This document shows positions 48,780 through 48,924 of a stretch of DNA of 48,924 nucleotides, piece by piece; positions within the stretch are counted from its first letter, which is position 1, and each line of letters starts with the position of its first letter. The translations under genes and the position numbers were made by a program. Below the pieces are notes generated by a model that made no database searches, was not told the DNA's origin, and saw only the letters and a program-made list of their open reading frames with translations. The stretch is from Nemertoderma westbladi (taxonomy: Eukaryota; Animalia; Xenacoelomorpha). The stretch is from assembly GCA_032718475.1 (NCBI GenBank), contig JAUCBJ010001528.1, positions 1 through 48,924 on the forward strand. The letters are read 5' to 3'.

Positions 48780-48924
48780 ATTTGGACACATCGAATTCAT
48801 CGGAAACTTAAGGTCCGATTATTTAGAGCAGCAGTAGTTCCAGTACTCCTCTATGGGAGTCCATGCTGGGCTCTAACTGCTGAGGACACCAAATCTCTGG
48901 ATGGCACATTCACAAGAATGCTAC
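48780..48924 (+). mobile_element. RTE-type LINE (family B) fragment, runs off window
   Basis: Reads KLKVRLFRAAVVPVLLYGSPCWALTAEDTKSLDGTFTRML. Reverse complement of 45260-45410. Confidence 0.8.

Overview
AT-rich, intron-containing animal genomic DNA. An invertebrate, possibly a deuterostome, is my inference from composition and gene content. Five protein-coding loci can be read. (1) A single-exon, acidic, secreted and probably GPI-anchored protein of unknown family (783-1451, -). (2) A class I cytokine-receptor-like gene whose exons follow the 1-2-1-0 intron-phase pattern but with no intact WSxWS exon visible (3989-6252, -). (3) An intronless MGAT4C-like GT54 glycosyltransferase (20563-22290, -). 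(4) A hairy/HES bHLH-Orange-WRPW gene (30649-37361, +). (5) A PRRT1/CD225 (dispanin) gene with two intact duplicated last exons (44127-48707, +). The rest is RTE-type LINE fragments, tRNA-derived SINEs, MITEs, fold-back elements, hAT-like elements with clear TSDs, and five large tandem arrays (15, 21, 35, 49 and 6 bp units). The most striking structure is HES intron 2. An apparently 74-nt ancestral intron has grown to about 4.25 kb because its own 3' splice acceptor plus the first 31 nt of exon 3 were amplified about 85 times. Only the last acceptor gives a full-length repressor. The 35-bp array has the same acceptor-junction architecture on the minus strand.
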